Origin: Fistulifera solaris
Taxonomy: Eukaryota
Length of the DNA: 64,000 bases
NCBI GenBank assembly: GCA_030295235.1
Contig: AP026164.1
Location: 2,046,001 to 2,110,000, forward strand
Reading direction: 5' to 3'
The notes under the pieces are model-generated. The model was not told the DNA's origin and did no database searches. It worked only from the letters and a program-made list of their open reading frames with translations. Below, one piece after another: positions 36,506 to 47,951 of the stretch. Numbering within the stretch: the first letter of the stretch is position 1; each line of letters starts with the position of its first letter. Made by a program: the position numbers and the translations under genes.

Positions 36506-39500
36506 ATGTCCGGCTCAAGTAGCATATTAGAAAAGATTCAGTTGCTGCGCAATTTCTGCGGAGACGCGTGGAATGACGCCGATTACACGGATTGTTTGCG
36601 ACAAAATGGCTACAATGTCGAACAAGCAGCGGAATGTTTAGTGACGGGTCGATATACGTCAAAAAGCAGCAATCCAATTAATTTGTCGAGTCCTCCGCCG
36701 AAGAAGAAGAAAGCAGCTTTTTCGAAGGAACGCAGCATAGTTGCGTCCGTCCAGCCACGCAAATCGCCGCCTCGCATGTCAGGAAATTGGATGCTTTTGT
36801 GTAATCGCTGGATATCCAATGCCATCAACACGGCTCGGAATGGACAGACGGGGTATCAGGAAGACGTGACTATATCCGCTTCTCCCAACAAGATGGATTT
36901 GCGCTTTCAAGGGGACCGCGCCGAGGGAAAAATGCCGGATGATTTGACTCAAATTCTAGTTCCTTTGTTGCGTGAAAATTGTATCCGAGCGGAAGGGAAA
37001 TTTCTCATGGCGGAAAAGAATTTACCCATCGGAGCACACGTTCCTTTAACGGTCCAGATATTCGTTGATGTTGATCGTTTTTTCGCTGTCTTTGATGGTC
37101 ATGAAGAGACCGCCTTGTCGGCTTTTGCCTCGAAACAACGACAGGCCAAGCCGACGTCTTGGCTTTCATCAGCGGCGTTTGGCTTATTACAGTGGGCCGA
37201 ACACGGGAATACACCTGATTTTTCCAAAATGGCCGAGGAAGTGGAAGAGGGAGCCGAATGGAATGAAGCAGATGAAGACGATGACGAAGCCGACGATCGA
37301 TCTACCGCCGAAGTCACTTCGGATACTGGTTTGAATCTAGAGGAAGCGGAACAACCGGAAGGGTTTACGAACGTCACTTTGCGACCTTATCAAAAGCAAG
37401 CTCTGCATTGGATGTGGCATCGAGAGACGGCCTCCGAAACACAAGAGGAAGTGCAAGGACGCTTGGAGCTACTTTCCGCAATGGCGGGTGTCACCAACAA
37501 GAATAAAGTTGAAATTATGGGCAGTACGGAGAACATTGTGTGTGATTGTGGACCAGTTCAAGTAGCTCTTGAATTCCGCCCATCAGTAATACACCATCCA
37601 TTGTGGTCGTGTCGGTTTCTTGCATCACCCGACATGACCGAAGTCAAGCCTTTTACGTCCACGAACTTTTGGGTGTGGCATCGATTACACCTCCGCGGCC
37701 TCCGCGACCCTGCTCCGGAGGCATTCTTGCGGATGCTATGGGACTCGGAAAAACTGTCATGCTCCTTGCTTTACTTTTGAAGGGCAAGCAAGAGCGTAAC
37801 GAAAAAGGCACAACAATCGTAGTGGCAAAGCTGTCGTTGCTACCTCAGTGGGAGCAAGAGATCAAAACAAAGAGTGGTTTAACACCTTTAGTCTACTATG
37901 GATCAAGCGGCCGCATTGGCGCGTCGGACTTTGAAGAAGTGGATGTCGTCGTGACGACGTATGGCACGTTGCAAGCGGAGGTTCGTAATCCCCAGTCGGC
38001 CATCCTCTCATTCCAATGGCAACGTGTGATACTCGACGAGGCACATTGCATTCGAAACTCTGGCACGGTAGTCTCGAAAGCTTGTTGTCAACTTCAAGCT
38101 CCTCATCGTTGGTGTGTAACAGGCACTGTTATTCAGAACTCTCTGGAAGATGTTTACGGAATGATGAAGTTCCTGAGACACGAGCCGTGGTGCATTGCAA
38201 CATTCTGGAAAGCCGCTATCACGAATGCCACGAGCGCGGATACCGAGAATCCGACGGATGGGGCCAGTTTGGCTCTAGATCGAGTACGTCACTTGTTGGG
38301 ACCAATTCTGTTGCGACGAACAAAAGACTCGGTAGCACTAGACGGAAACCCGATTTTGACGTTGCCACCGAAAGATACTAAGACGATCCGCTTGGACTTG
38401 ACGGATAGCGAAAGGGAGTTTTACCAGGCAATCTTAGCACGTTCCCAGGCCATTTTTGAGGGATTTATTCACGACGGAAAAGCCGCAACCTCTTACATGC
38501 AAATTTTTGGCATGCTACAGCGGCTTCGACAAGTTTGTGACCACATTGGTCTTACTGTGCAGTCACGATTTCGTAGCGAAGAGAAGAAGTTGAAGAAATC
38601 ACCTGTCGACGATGGAGAAATCTTGGAGTCCAACGAAGACGCTTTGGGAAAAGATTTTCTGAATGGTCTCCTCAACAAGTTTTGTTCAAAGCAACACTCG
38701 AACCGCAAACAAAAGGTGAACATGAAGGTAATGAATCCCCGAAGAAAGCACGACTCGACGAAAGTTACCTTTCTCAAGTCACTATTCAGTTGAGTAAGAT
38801 AGTCGCGGACAAAAATGCAACGCACTTGAACGAAGAGTGCTCTATTTGCCTCGAAGCTCCTAGGGTGGAAGACACAGTCCTCACGCCGTGTGCGCATATC
38901 TTCTGCCGAGCGTGCTTGGTAGGATCTCTCCAGCGTGTAACGAACGAAAATAACAAAAACCACTCCTCGCATCCCGCTTCCCAGTGTCCTGACGGCGAAT
39001 GCCCAAATTGCAGTGAACCCGTCAGTGCTCAGTATATTGTTGCGCTAACTAGACTGGAAGATGGCACTGTTTCAAGCAGATTCTTGTTCGAAGCAGCTAC
39101 AAACAAACCAAGCGTTGCGGTGGCGGCTATCACGCCTTCATGGAAACAACAAGAGGAGACTTCAATGGCTGCACGTCAGATTCTCACAAATGCCATAGAC
39201 AGAACCGAAAGCTCAAAAATACGCGCGATCATGGATGAGTTGAACAACATTTGGCAGCTAGATCCTGGATCGAAAGTTCTGGCATTTTCGCACTACCTTG
39301 GTTTCCTAGACTTGCTTGAAATTCAGTTCCGTTCTGTTGGGATCGGTAAGTCCAGGTCATTGTTGCCACACCTCTAGATTTATTTGTTTCTGACGGTTGT
39401 TCTCTTCTGTAGGATATTATCGACTAGATGGAAGCTTGTCACTCAAAGAACGTATGGCTGTGCTGGAAGCATTTGCCACCGCGAAAGGGAAAGGGAATAA

Positions 39501-39912
39501 GGGCGTAGTGCTTCTCATGTCTATGATGGCCGGCGCGGAAGGATTAAACCTGGTTTCGGCCTCTTCTTGCTTGATATGCGATCCTTGGTGGAATCAGGCC
39601 AAAGAAGACCAGTGTAAGTATGCTTGATGATTTGGATCTGTCCGAAAAGCTGTTTGGTGTTCGTCAGTTTTTAATTCGCATCATTTCATTCTAGGCATCA
39701 ATCGCATTCACAGAATCGGTCAGCAGGCTAAAGTAGTTCGTATCCGACGCTTCATTGTAAACAACAGTGTTGAAGAGCGCATTTTGGAGTTGCAACACCG
39801 CAAGAAATTTATTGCCGATGAAATTTACAACTCGCAAAAGCGAGCTGACACAGTGGGAGGTGGGACCGCCCGTCTCGGATTGGATGATTTCAAGCTAATC
39901 TTTCGGCGTTAA
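36506..39912 (+). CDS. RAD5: RAD5/SHPRH-like SNF2 helicase with RING finger; introns 39346-39412 and 39614-39694, frameshifts near 37650 and 38700
   Basis: 'LRPYQKQALHWM', 'GGILADAMGLGKT', 'RVILDEAH', 'TGTVIQNSL', RING 'CSICLE...PCAHIFCRAC', 'GLNLVSA', and spliced 'CINRIHRIGQ'. Stop at 39910-39912. Confidence 0.9.
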
Positions 39913-40013
39913 GTAGACCAGAATAGCAGTAAATTTGAAATAGAACAATCTCGTTACCACTTATCTATAAATACATTTACTACGAATGGTTTTACGTCCC
40001 TCAAGCGATCCAC

Positions 40014-40619
40014 TTAGGAAGCAGCGGAGCACATGTCTGCTGCTTGCTCAAATTGACTCGCTATCTTTTGCAGATCCGCTAGTCGATCCTGCGCAATACG
40101 AGATTGTTCTTGACGGCGTGCCTCTAGTTCAGCAATCTTTGTTTCCTCGTCCGCGATCTGTTGTAAAAGAAGATCTCTCTGTTGGGCCAAAGAGTCGACC
40201 GTGGCGTATGTGACCAAGTCGCTCGGAGCTCCTTTTGTGGCAAACAAAGAACTTGTCACGGCGTTGCGAGCCGAATCTTTATCCCTGTTTTCAATATTTC
40301 GCTCCTTTTCGTCCTTCTTTTCGAGTCGCCGGATAATGTTGTCTACTTTGGAAAGGAGTTCTTCAACCTTTCGTTCCTTAAGTTCATCTTTCATTTTTTC
40401 CAAGACGTTTTCGTGCACGCCATCCAACATGTTCCCAAACAGAGAAAATAGAGTATTGATGTCTCCTTCTACGGCAAAGATGGATAAATCGTCCCCGTAA
40501 CAGTCTTGCAGCATTTCCTTTACTTTGAGTTGAGCTCGAGAATGTACCAGTGCTTTCTCCTGCACTTTCAGGAGGCGATGAAAGCGCTCAGAGCGATTTT
40601 CCGTGCTATTGTTCAACAT
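40014..40619 (-). CDS. Coiled-coil protein resembling kinetochore MIS12/MIND subunit Nnf1/PMF1
   Basis: About 200 aa. 'RFHRLLKVQEKAL...QDCY', 'ELKERKVEELLSKVDNII' and 'PSDLV' plus a C-terminal coiled coil follow the Nnf1 layout. Pattern recognition only. Confidence 0.5.
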   Translation of the reverse strand: MLNNSTENRSERFHRLLKVQEKALVHSRAQLKVKEMLQDCYGDDLSIFAVEGDINTLFSLFGNMLDGVHENVLEKMKDELKERKVEELLSKVDNIIRRLEKKDEKERNIENRDKDSARNAVTSSLFATKGAPSDLVTYATVDSLAQQRDLLLQQIADEETKIAELEARRQEQSRIAQDRLADLQKIASQFEQAADMCSAAS

Positions 40620-41026
40620 TACTGATGTAACTACAACAGAGATTCTTTGTTTTGACGTTCTAGAGCAATTAGGATGATAATAACCTCGATGATTCAGTCT
40701 TCGACGGAGGATCGATGTCATTTTTGTGTTCGTCGAGGCCTTGCGTTAATTTTTTGGAGAGCGGTGCGCGAGAGCGTGCCAGCTACGGCACTTTGATCTG
40801 TGTAGTAAAAATACTGTGCTGTGTATCTAAACTCGTTTCAATACGTAATGGTATGGTATTATAAACCCTGACTTCGATTTATATTTAAACAACAAGTACC
40901 GCAACATCTTTGAACCGGCACTGAAGCCCAAAGCGGTTGCCTTTTTTCATTCCCCTTTTCTTTCAAAAAGATCTCACGCGAACACAACATCAACAGAGTA
41001 CGAGGTACGGAGTACATCTTTTCATC

Positions 41027-42416
41027 ATGCCAAAACACAACTTTCAACCACCAGGCGCATTTCTCCAGGAAATCAACAGCCTGATACATCAAGAACCATT
41101 CGAATCGATTCTGTATTGTGTGTACTGGAGCGTGGTCATCGGTGTCTGCAGTCCTATTGCTATCTTGCTTTTGCAGCTTCGCCTGCTGTTCCGATTGTTG
41201 GGTTGGATTCTGGATAGCGTGCGCAAATACTCCGCTTGTGACCCCAAAGGGCACCCCACAAGAGAATCAGCCGTAGTCATTACAGGATGTGACACAGGGT
41301 TTGGTAGAGATGTGGCGCTGCGCGCAGCGAAGCAGGGTACATTGTTTTTGCTGGGTGTCTCAAGGAAGAATCAGTGACAGAGCGTAATCAGTTATCCAAC
41401 AACATCAAAGCATTTACAATGAATGTTACGAATGATGAGCATGTCGAAAAAGCCGCTCAGATGGTGTCCCGGTGGCTCGATGAAACGACGACTCAACAAC
41501 GCATCCTGCATGCACTAATAAACATGGCCGGGGTTGGCTTTTGCGGAAACGTCGACTTTATGCCTCTGAACCTCTTTCAAACAAGCATGGATGGTAGGTG
41601 CAGTCTGAATGAGGGAAAATTGAGTGCCCTGTACTGGTACCCTTTGCTCACTTGTTGTGTATGCATCAGTGAATTTCTTTGGAACGGTTCGGTGTTGCAA
41701 GGCTTTTCTCCCTATATTTAAATCACAAGCGACGAGCAATACTTACAACGATGCCAGGTTCGTATATTGATGTTGAGGCTCATTTTACAGTAGTCCTACA
41801 TAGACTCTAGTTTCTTACAATTTGCCAACTCGGACCATACAGGATTCTGAATATTGTGAGCATGGCGGGCCTGGTACCGACATCGGTGGGCACTTCGGCC
41901 TATGCTGCTTCGAAATACGCAGTACAGGGATTTTCTACAGCCTTTCGACTGGAAGCAATGGGCTTTGGTATACAAGTCGCAACGATTAATCCGTCTTTTC
42001 ATGAGACGAATATTGTGACGGGGCTCAGCACCCAGGTGGAAAAACTTTGTGCAGACTTACCGGGTGCGAAACGAGAAGAATACGGTGAAGGTAGGCTGAA
42101 ACATCTGTTTTCCTTGGTGACAAGCGCATCTTACCTTGATTCTCAATTTGTTACAGAGTTTTTGGAGTGGCTTTTGACACAAACACGGATCCCTCTACTG
42201 GTATCATGGAGAGCCGAAAATGTAGTCCAGCAGACCATGAATTGCTTGATGAACCGATCAATCCCCAGTGAAGTTGTGGTGGGATCGGATGCCAAGTTTG
42301 TGCTGGTTACTCTTCGCATCTTTCCCGCTTGGTTTCGTGACATTTTGTTCCGGATCGACAGTCTGCGGTACGCTGTTCCGGCCTCCATGAGAAGAATGAA
42401 AGCGAAGAGTGATTGA
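41027..42416 (+). CDS. Membrane-anchored classical SDR (retinol/17-beta-hydroxysteroid dehydrogenase-like); introns 41594-41669, 41758-41842, 42091-42156; frameshift near 41336
   Basis: 'VVITGCDTGFG', 'LINMAGV', spliced 'VNFFG' and 'RILNIVSMAG', catalytic 'YAASKYA'. Confidence 0.88.
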
Positions 42417-42760
42417 GTGATGTGAAAGAAGTAATTGGTACTTGTAGTTTGTTCTAGCGGAGTACGAGTGTTTTGTTAGAAACGTTCACATCGTAGCGAT
42501 TTGTGACTGTGACTGCATTAGGCGACATCGTGAATGTGACGTCAAACGAGACTCCCAGTCAGACGTGTTTCGTGTCAGTGATGCCTGTGTTTTTTGTACA
42601 GTTTGGCCGAGACGCATCATCGCGCCTCGGTTGACACTTGACACCACCAACGAACTCTTTTTTTCTTTCGTAGGCGCAAAAAGCATCGGTTTCACCATCC
42701 AAACTTGTTCTCGTCGGATTATTGTTATCATTTTCTGCTTTAACATCTTAAAGATCTATC

Positions 42761-44392
42761 ATGATTGAATTTCGCTCGGAAAGTGTGCACGTGTGCGTTT
42801 TGGGGCCTTCAAATGCGGCAACGAAAGAACTCCTGACACCCGATGCCCTCCGTTTCGTTGGACTCCTCTGTAGTCAGTTTGAACCCCGTCGTCAGGCGTT
42901 GTTGGCGGCCCGTAAGACCCGAGCGATCGAATTTGATGCCGGTGAAGTCCCTCATTTCATCGAGAATAGTGTTGCAGCGCGCGATCCGTCTTGGCGTTGT
43001 GCCCCCGTTCCTGAGGACGTTCAAGACCGTCGTGTCGAAATTACTGGCCCCGTCGACCGTAAAATGGTCATTAATGGCTTAAATAGTGGTGCCTGTGTCT
43101 ACATGGCCGACTTTGAAGATTCGACGAGTCCCACCTGGACCAATGTGACGGAAGGTCAGCTCAATCTTCGTGATGCAGTGCGTCGTACCATCTCCTTCAC
43201 CAACGGCGCCAACGGCAAGGTCTACACGCTGAACGATAAAATCGCGACGCTGTTTGTTCGACCGCGTGGTTGGCACCTTGATGAAGCCCATGTTTTGGTG
43301 AACGGTAACGTCGCTTCCGGTTCGATCTTTGATTTCGCACTCTATCTCTTCCACAATCACGTGGAGCTGCAGAAAAATGGTTCTCGTCCGTATTATTATC
43401 TCCCCAAGCTCGAGTCGCATCGTGAAGCCGCGCTTTGGAACGATGTGTTTGCGGCGGCGCAGCAGTATCTGGGACTGGCCGTTGGTACCGTGCGTGCTAC
43501 CATCTTGCTCGAAACTATCACGGCGGCGTTTGAAATGGAAGAGATTCTGTACGAGATTCGTGATCATTCCCTGGGGCTCAACTGTGGTCGATGGGACTAT
43601 CTTTTCTCCTTCATCAAGAAGTTCAAGTATCACGGAGATAAATTGACGCCGGACCGGAGTCATTTGACCATGACAACTCCTCTCATGGAAGCATACGTCA
43701 AGCGTCTCATTCATTTGTGTCACAAGCGAGGAACGTTTGCGATGGGTGGAATGAGTGCCGCCATTCCCATCAAGAACGACGAAGAAGCCAATCGTGTGGC
43801 CATGGGCAAGGTAGAAGACGATAAATTGCGTGAAGTTCGCGCCGGTCATGACGGAACATGGGTGGCTCATCCCGCTCTGGTGACGGTGGCCCTTCGTGTG
43901 TTCAACGAACACATGCGCACTCCGAATCAGATCACCAGTAATCCGGGTACGGCTGGATCGGCGATCCCCGAATCGGAACTTTTGCGCTTGCCCCAGATTC
44001 CTCGTGGGCAAGCCATTACGAGCAAACACTTGTCCCATGGCATTGGGATTGTGTTGGCGTACACGGAAGCTTGGTTGCGAGGCATCGGATGTATTCCATT
44101 GCACAATGCTATGGAAGATGCTGCCACGGCCGAAATCAGTCGCGCCCAGATTTGGCAATGGCGCGTCCAAGGGACCTCGACACAAGATGACGGACAGCTC
44201 ATCACGTCTCAACGCATTGCCGATTTGATTGGTCAGGAAGTCGCACGTCATTCGGGAGGCAAGTGGAACCTAGCGGGTCGGTTGGTAGAAGAGATGCTCA
44301 CCAAGAGCGAATTGGACGACTTTCTGACGTCGGTTTGTTACCCCTACATTGTCACGGCTCACGAGAGCAATGGAACTGCAGCTCGTTTGTAA
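42761..44392 (+). CDS. aceB: Malate synthase A (glyoxylate cycle) with PTS1-like C-terminal ARL
   Basis: 'DRRVEITGPVDRKMVINGLNSGA', 'FVRPRGWHL', 'YLPKLES', 'GLNCGRWDY', 'MEDAATAEISRAQIWQW'. Intact 543-aa ORF ending ARL. Confidence 0.97.
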   Translation: MIEFRSESVHVCVLGPSNAATKELLTPDALRFVGLLCSQFEPRRQALLAARKTRAIEFDAGEVPHFIENSVAARDPSWRCAPVPEDVQDRRVEITGPVDRKMVINGLNSGACVYMADFEDSTSPTWTNVTEGQLNLRDAVRRTISFTNGANGKVYTLNDKIATLFVRPRGWHLDEAHVLVNGNVASGSIFDFALYLFHNHVELQKNGSRPYYYLPKLESHREAALWNDVFAAAQQYLGLAVGTVRATILLETITAAFEMEEILYEIRDHSLGLNCGRWDYLFSFIKKFKYHGDKLTPDRSHLTMTTPLMEAYVKRLIHLCHKRGTFAMGGMSAAIPIKNDEEANRVAMGKVEDDKLREVRAGHDGTWVAHPALVTVALRVFNEHMRTPNQITSNPGTAGSAIPESELLRLPQIPRGQAITSKHLSHGIGIVLAYTEAWLRGIGCIPLHNAMEDAATAEISRAQIWQWRVQGTSTQDDGQLITSQRIADLIGQEVARHSGGKWNLAGRLVEEMLTKSELDDFLTSVCYPYIVTAHESNGTAARL

Positions 44393-45457
44393 TAACTCTA
44401 AGTGTTATTTTGGTAGGTTTCTCGACAGAGTAAAGTAGAACAAGAGATCAAAGTAGTATCACAATTGTTCATGATAAGAAATACAACCTACCGTAAAAAT
44501 GGAAGTGAAGAAAATCTATTTCGTAATAAGAATACTACTCAGTTTTTTGTACCGGTACTTTCACAATAGCCAAATGATTTACTACATACGAAGCAGATGT
44601 TATTTGCAGGAGAACACATTTATCATGTAGAATAAAAACGAAGAACCATCCCATAATCATTCATCTCGAGACGCTTTCTTTGCAAGAGGGTAGTCTTGAG
44701 CATATTGTTTACTTTTCGAATGGACACTTCGGCCCCAATCTCCAAGAACGGCGACAGAAGCAAGCGCGGCATCACTAACTTCTACAGTCTACATCCCAAC
44801 ACTGAATCCACTCGCATAACACGTCCATGTGGTCTGCAAGCAACAATAAAATTCGCTGAAGATTAGTGGAAGCACTGTTCACCAATACCAATGATGTCGG
44901 TAATAGACGTTGGGATAACGACTCGTTCACAAGATTTGGAATGCATTTCAAACCATCGTCGCCCTCGTTTGTTTCTTCCGGGTTCAAGATGGGTAGATGC
45001 AAGCTTTCTCTTGTACTAGTACTAAAGGCAAAGCGAAGAATGAATAGCAATGCGATGCAGAGTGACAGCTTTCACAAGAAGCTCAGCAAAGGTAAGACCG
45101 CCGCAAGGCCGCGCTCTTGGTTAAAGTTAGCCTTAGCATGGTGGTGAAATGATCGAGAGATCCCGCCAGGCATGACGTCGTTCGTTCACCGCAAGAAAGG
45201 GCCAAGACGTTCATTAAATGAAAATTTATTGCGATGCAATCGCGATGCGATGCGAGTTCAGGGTACTTTTACATAGTCTAAAAAATAAGCGCGACGTTCT
45301 CCAAAAAATAATAATGTTTGTGCCTCATGGTCGTTTCGCAACGCCACAATTAATGCAACATGCAACGCAACAGGCAATAGAATTAGCACACGCGTAATAA
45401 ATCTGCTGGTGCTTCCTTGATTGACTTTCTCATCCGAATCGAATATCTCCTTCAACA

Positions 45458-46030
45458 ATGTATACAAAGTACCAACCCTTCCTTTCGTCGATGATTCGTA
45501 AACGCAAGATCCCAGCGTTCACAAAATGCCACCGCTTCTTCTTCACGGAGAATGCGTTCCGCGTTTTTGATTTGCCGCTCCGGTTTGCACTCGATGAGAC
45601 GGCACTTCGAAATCACTATCGTCAACTCATGGCACAACATCATCCCGATCGGAGTTTTGGTGTTAGCGATGACATGGCTTCTTTGATTACACGATCATAC
45701 GACACCTTGCGCTACAAACACCGACGGGCGATGCATTTGATGGAATTGTTGGGACAGGCGGTCGATGAATCGTCTTCGGGCGATTTGGTCGGTCCGGAGT
45801 TTTTGTTGGAAATGATGGAAGCTCGAGAAGAGATCGAACGTGTGGTGGAAGATGATCAATTGCGACCCTTGTTGGACGATAATCGACGGCGCATGGAGGA
45901 TTTGGCGGTGGAACTCGATCAGGCCGTGCAAAACAACGATTTAGAAACGGCAAAACGACTTACAGCCCGATTGCAGTATTTGAATCGCTTAGAAGAAACG
46001 ATCCGGGAAAAAATGGATACTATAGATTAA
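45458..46030 (+). CDS. HSCB: HscB/HSC20 Fe-S cluster co-chaperone (J-domain)
   Basis: 'LRNHYRQLMAQHHPDR' (HPD motif), 'RAMHLMEL', 'EFLLEMMEAREE', 'RLQYL'. Confidence 0.9.
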   Translation: MYTKYQPFLSSMIRKRKIPAFTKCHRFFFTENAFRVFDLPLRFALDETALRNHYRQLMAQHHPDRSFGVSDDMASLITRSYDTLRYKHRRAMHLMELLGQAVDESSSGDLVGPEFLLEMMEAREEIERVVEDDQLRPLLDDNRRRMEDLAVELDQAVQNNDLETAKRLTARLQYLNRLEETIREKMDTID

Positions 46031-47078
46031 TTTTGAATGATAGAAATCGACTCCGTACTTGTTTTTCAAAGCAAAGATAGTTTTTGTAGCAATGTTGTTC
46101 CTTTCTCATCTTCTGAGCTGTCTTTACATTATGCAGTGACCTGCTCTAAGATTCGGTTTCCTTTCACACAAAGAATTGCAAAAAGTGAGAAAAGGCCACC
46201 TTACAAAAAAACGACCAATCGAGAACTGTCGTAGGTCATTCCAGGACTATCATTGCTAAAAAAGTAAGCAAGAAGTCCAACTATATTGACACTTCGGATA
46301 TTCTAGCAAGCGTTGTGACCGATCTCAACACGGATTAAAAAGCGAAGACCGGAGATACGACTTGCTGGTCCGAATGAATTCTTTTCTTTGCTCCAGCTTA
46401 CCTCGATATCGTCTATCGTCGATTAATACTGATTCTTTGAAAGACCTGAAGCTGTCCTTGATCGACACAAAGCAAAATGGAAACGGAAAAGATCAGACAA
46501 CCTTCTTAGCCATCAAATGTTGAAAGGAATGTGGAAGATCAATCCAGGACCACGTTGCTATGGACACCTAGCACGGAGTCCCCCTTTAGTGATCCTCCGA
46601 AAATTGTCACTCTTGCAAGATTTAACTATGAACCAGTCTTTACACGAAAACATAAAGACAGGAGATTCCGCTTGCTTATTGTGTCGTGACAGTGAATGAA
46701 ACGTACCTCGATCGCGCCGGGTCGAGGCTACTTCTGCCTTTACAAAAGTTCAATCTCGTCTCATCTTGGATTTGTATCTCTCGAAAAGATGTTACGATCG
46801 TCAAGACGCAATCAAATGCGGCAATATTGTGTTGACGCGGATAAAGATTACGTAGTACTCCATTTTTTTCGTTTCATACTCCGTGTATTTTTTTTGTGCG
46901 GCCCGTGTTATGGTGCGTGTGACATACAGACGAGACTTGTTATTCCTATGATACTCACAACTTGAAGAGCTCTAAGCGCAAACACGCGTTATAAATTGTG
47001 ATACTCAACAGGATTCCTTTATAAAGTGAAATTAAGTTGTTGCAACAAGGCGTGTGTTTAATAAAATATATGCAATGA

Positions 47079-47669
47079 TTACTCTTCTTGATATTCTTCT
47101 CCCGCCCCGCCTTGCAAAACCTGTTTCAGCACAACTTTTAGTTCGTAAATTTCTTTATTCCCGGTCGTTGTAGAGCTCGATATCGAAACATCGCAATCGA
47201 ACTGCAACATTTCGAGCATGCCCCGCAACATCCCCGCCAACAATTGATTGTACTGCAAATCCTGTCGATCTTCCGGTAATTCCACAAAGACCATGAGCGG
47301 ATTTTCGTTCATTTTGACAATGTACTGATCATCCGCACTCGTAACGATCTCCACCGTCACTCCCAAAAACAATTTCATGGCCACTTTGACGACATCGACC
47401 GTTTCCATGAATTGTTGCGACACTTTCAATTCCGGTGCTTTCGCCAATACTTCTTCAATGAATCGAATCCCAATCGAATGTCCCATACGATCCAATTCGG
47501 CTTGAATTTCGCTATTCTGCTCCAAATCGCGCACGAGTTCCGCCACCAACGCGCCGTACGTCAAAGCGAAGAATTCCGCATTCGCTTTGGGTTGTTTTTG
47601 CCACAATGCGTTTGCCTGAGCATTGATAGTTTTGCTGGTAGTTGCCGTCGTGGAAGCAGAAGATGACAT
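47079..47669 (-). CDS. BET3: TRAPP complex subunit Bet3/TRAPPC3
   Basis: 'NAEFFALTYGALV', 'LDRMGHSIGIRFIEEVLAK', 'ENPLMVFVELP', 'GMLRGMLEMLQ'. Confidence 0.93.
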   Translation of the reverse strand: MSSSASTTATTSKTINAQANALWQKQPKANAEFFALTYGALVAELVRDLEQNSEIQAELDRMGHSIGIRFIEEVLAKAPELKVSQQFMETVDVVKVAMKLFLGVTVEIVTSADDQYIVKMNENPLMVFVELPEDRQDLQYNQLLAGMLRGMLEMLQFDCDVSISSSTTTGNKEIYELKVVLKQVLQGGAGEEYQEE

Positions 47670-47951
47670 GATGCGCTAAAAGAGATCTGAGGCGACGATA
47701 ACACCCGGCTTTTCCTTTTATTGCGGTGCAAAAGAGCGCCTCGCTTTTGCCTGTTGGGCCTCGTCCGTCGTCCGTAGTATCCAAATCGACATAAAGTCGT
47801 AGCGGTGCATGATGACCCCAAAATGTCTGCGCGGAAAAATACTCCGGTAAACGCCCATTTTCACAGAACGACCGATGATGTTCATTATTATTTTGTTTAT
47901 CGGGCGGTTGCAACCCCCAATTCATTCAATAAACGACAGCTTTCTAGCACC

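Noticed and set aside
43079..44251. 390-aa ORF antisense to malate synthase
   Set aside because: It has no motifs and is explained by the codon bias of the sense gene, which leaves the antisense frame stop-poor.
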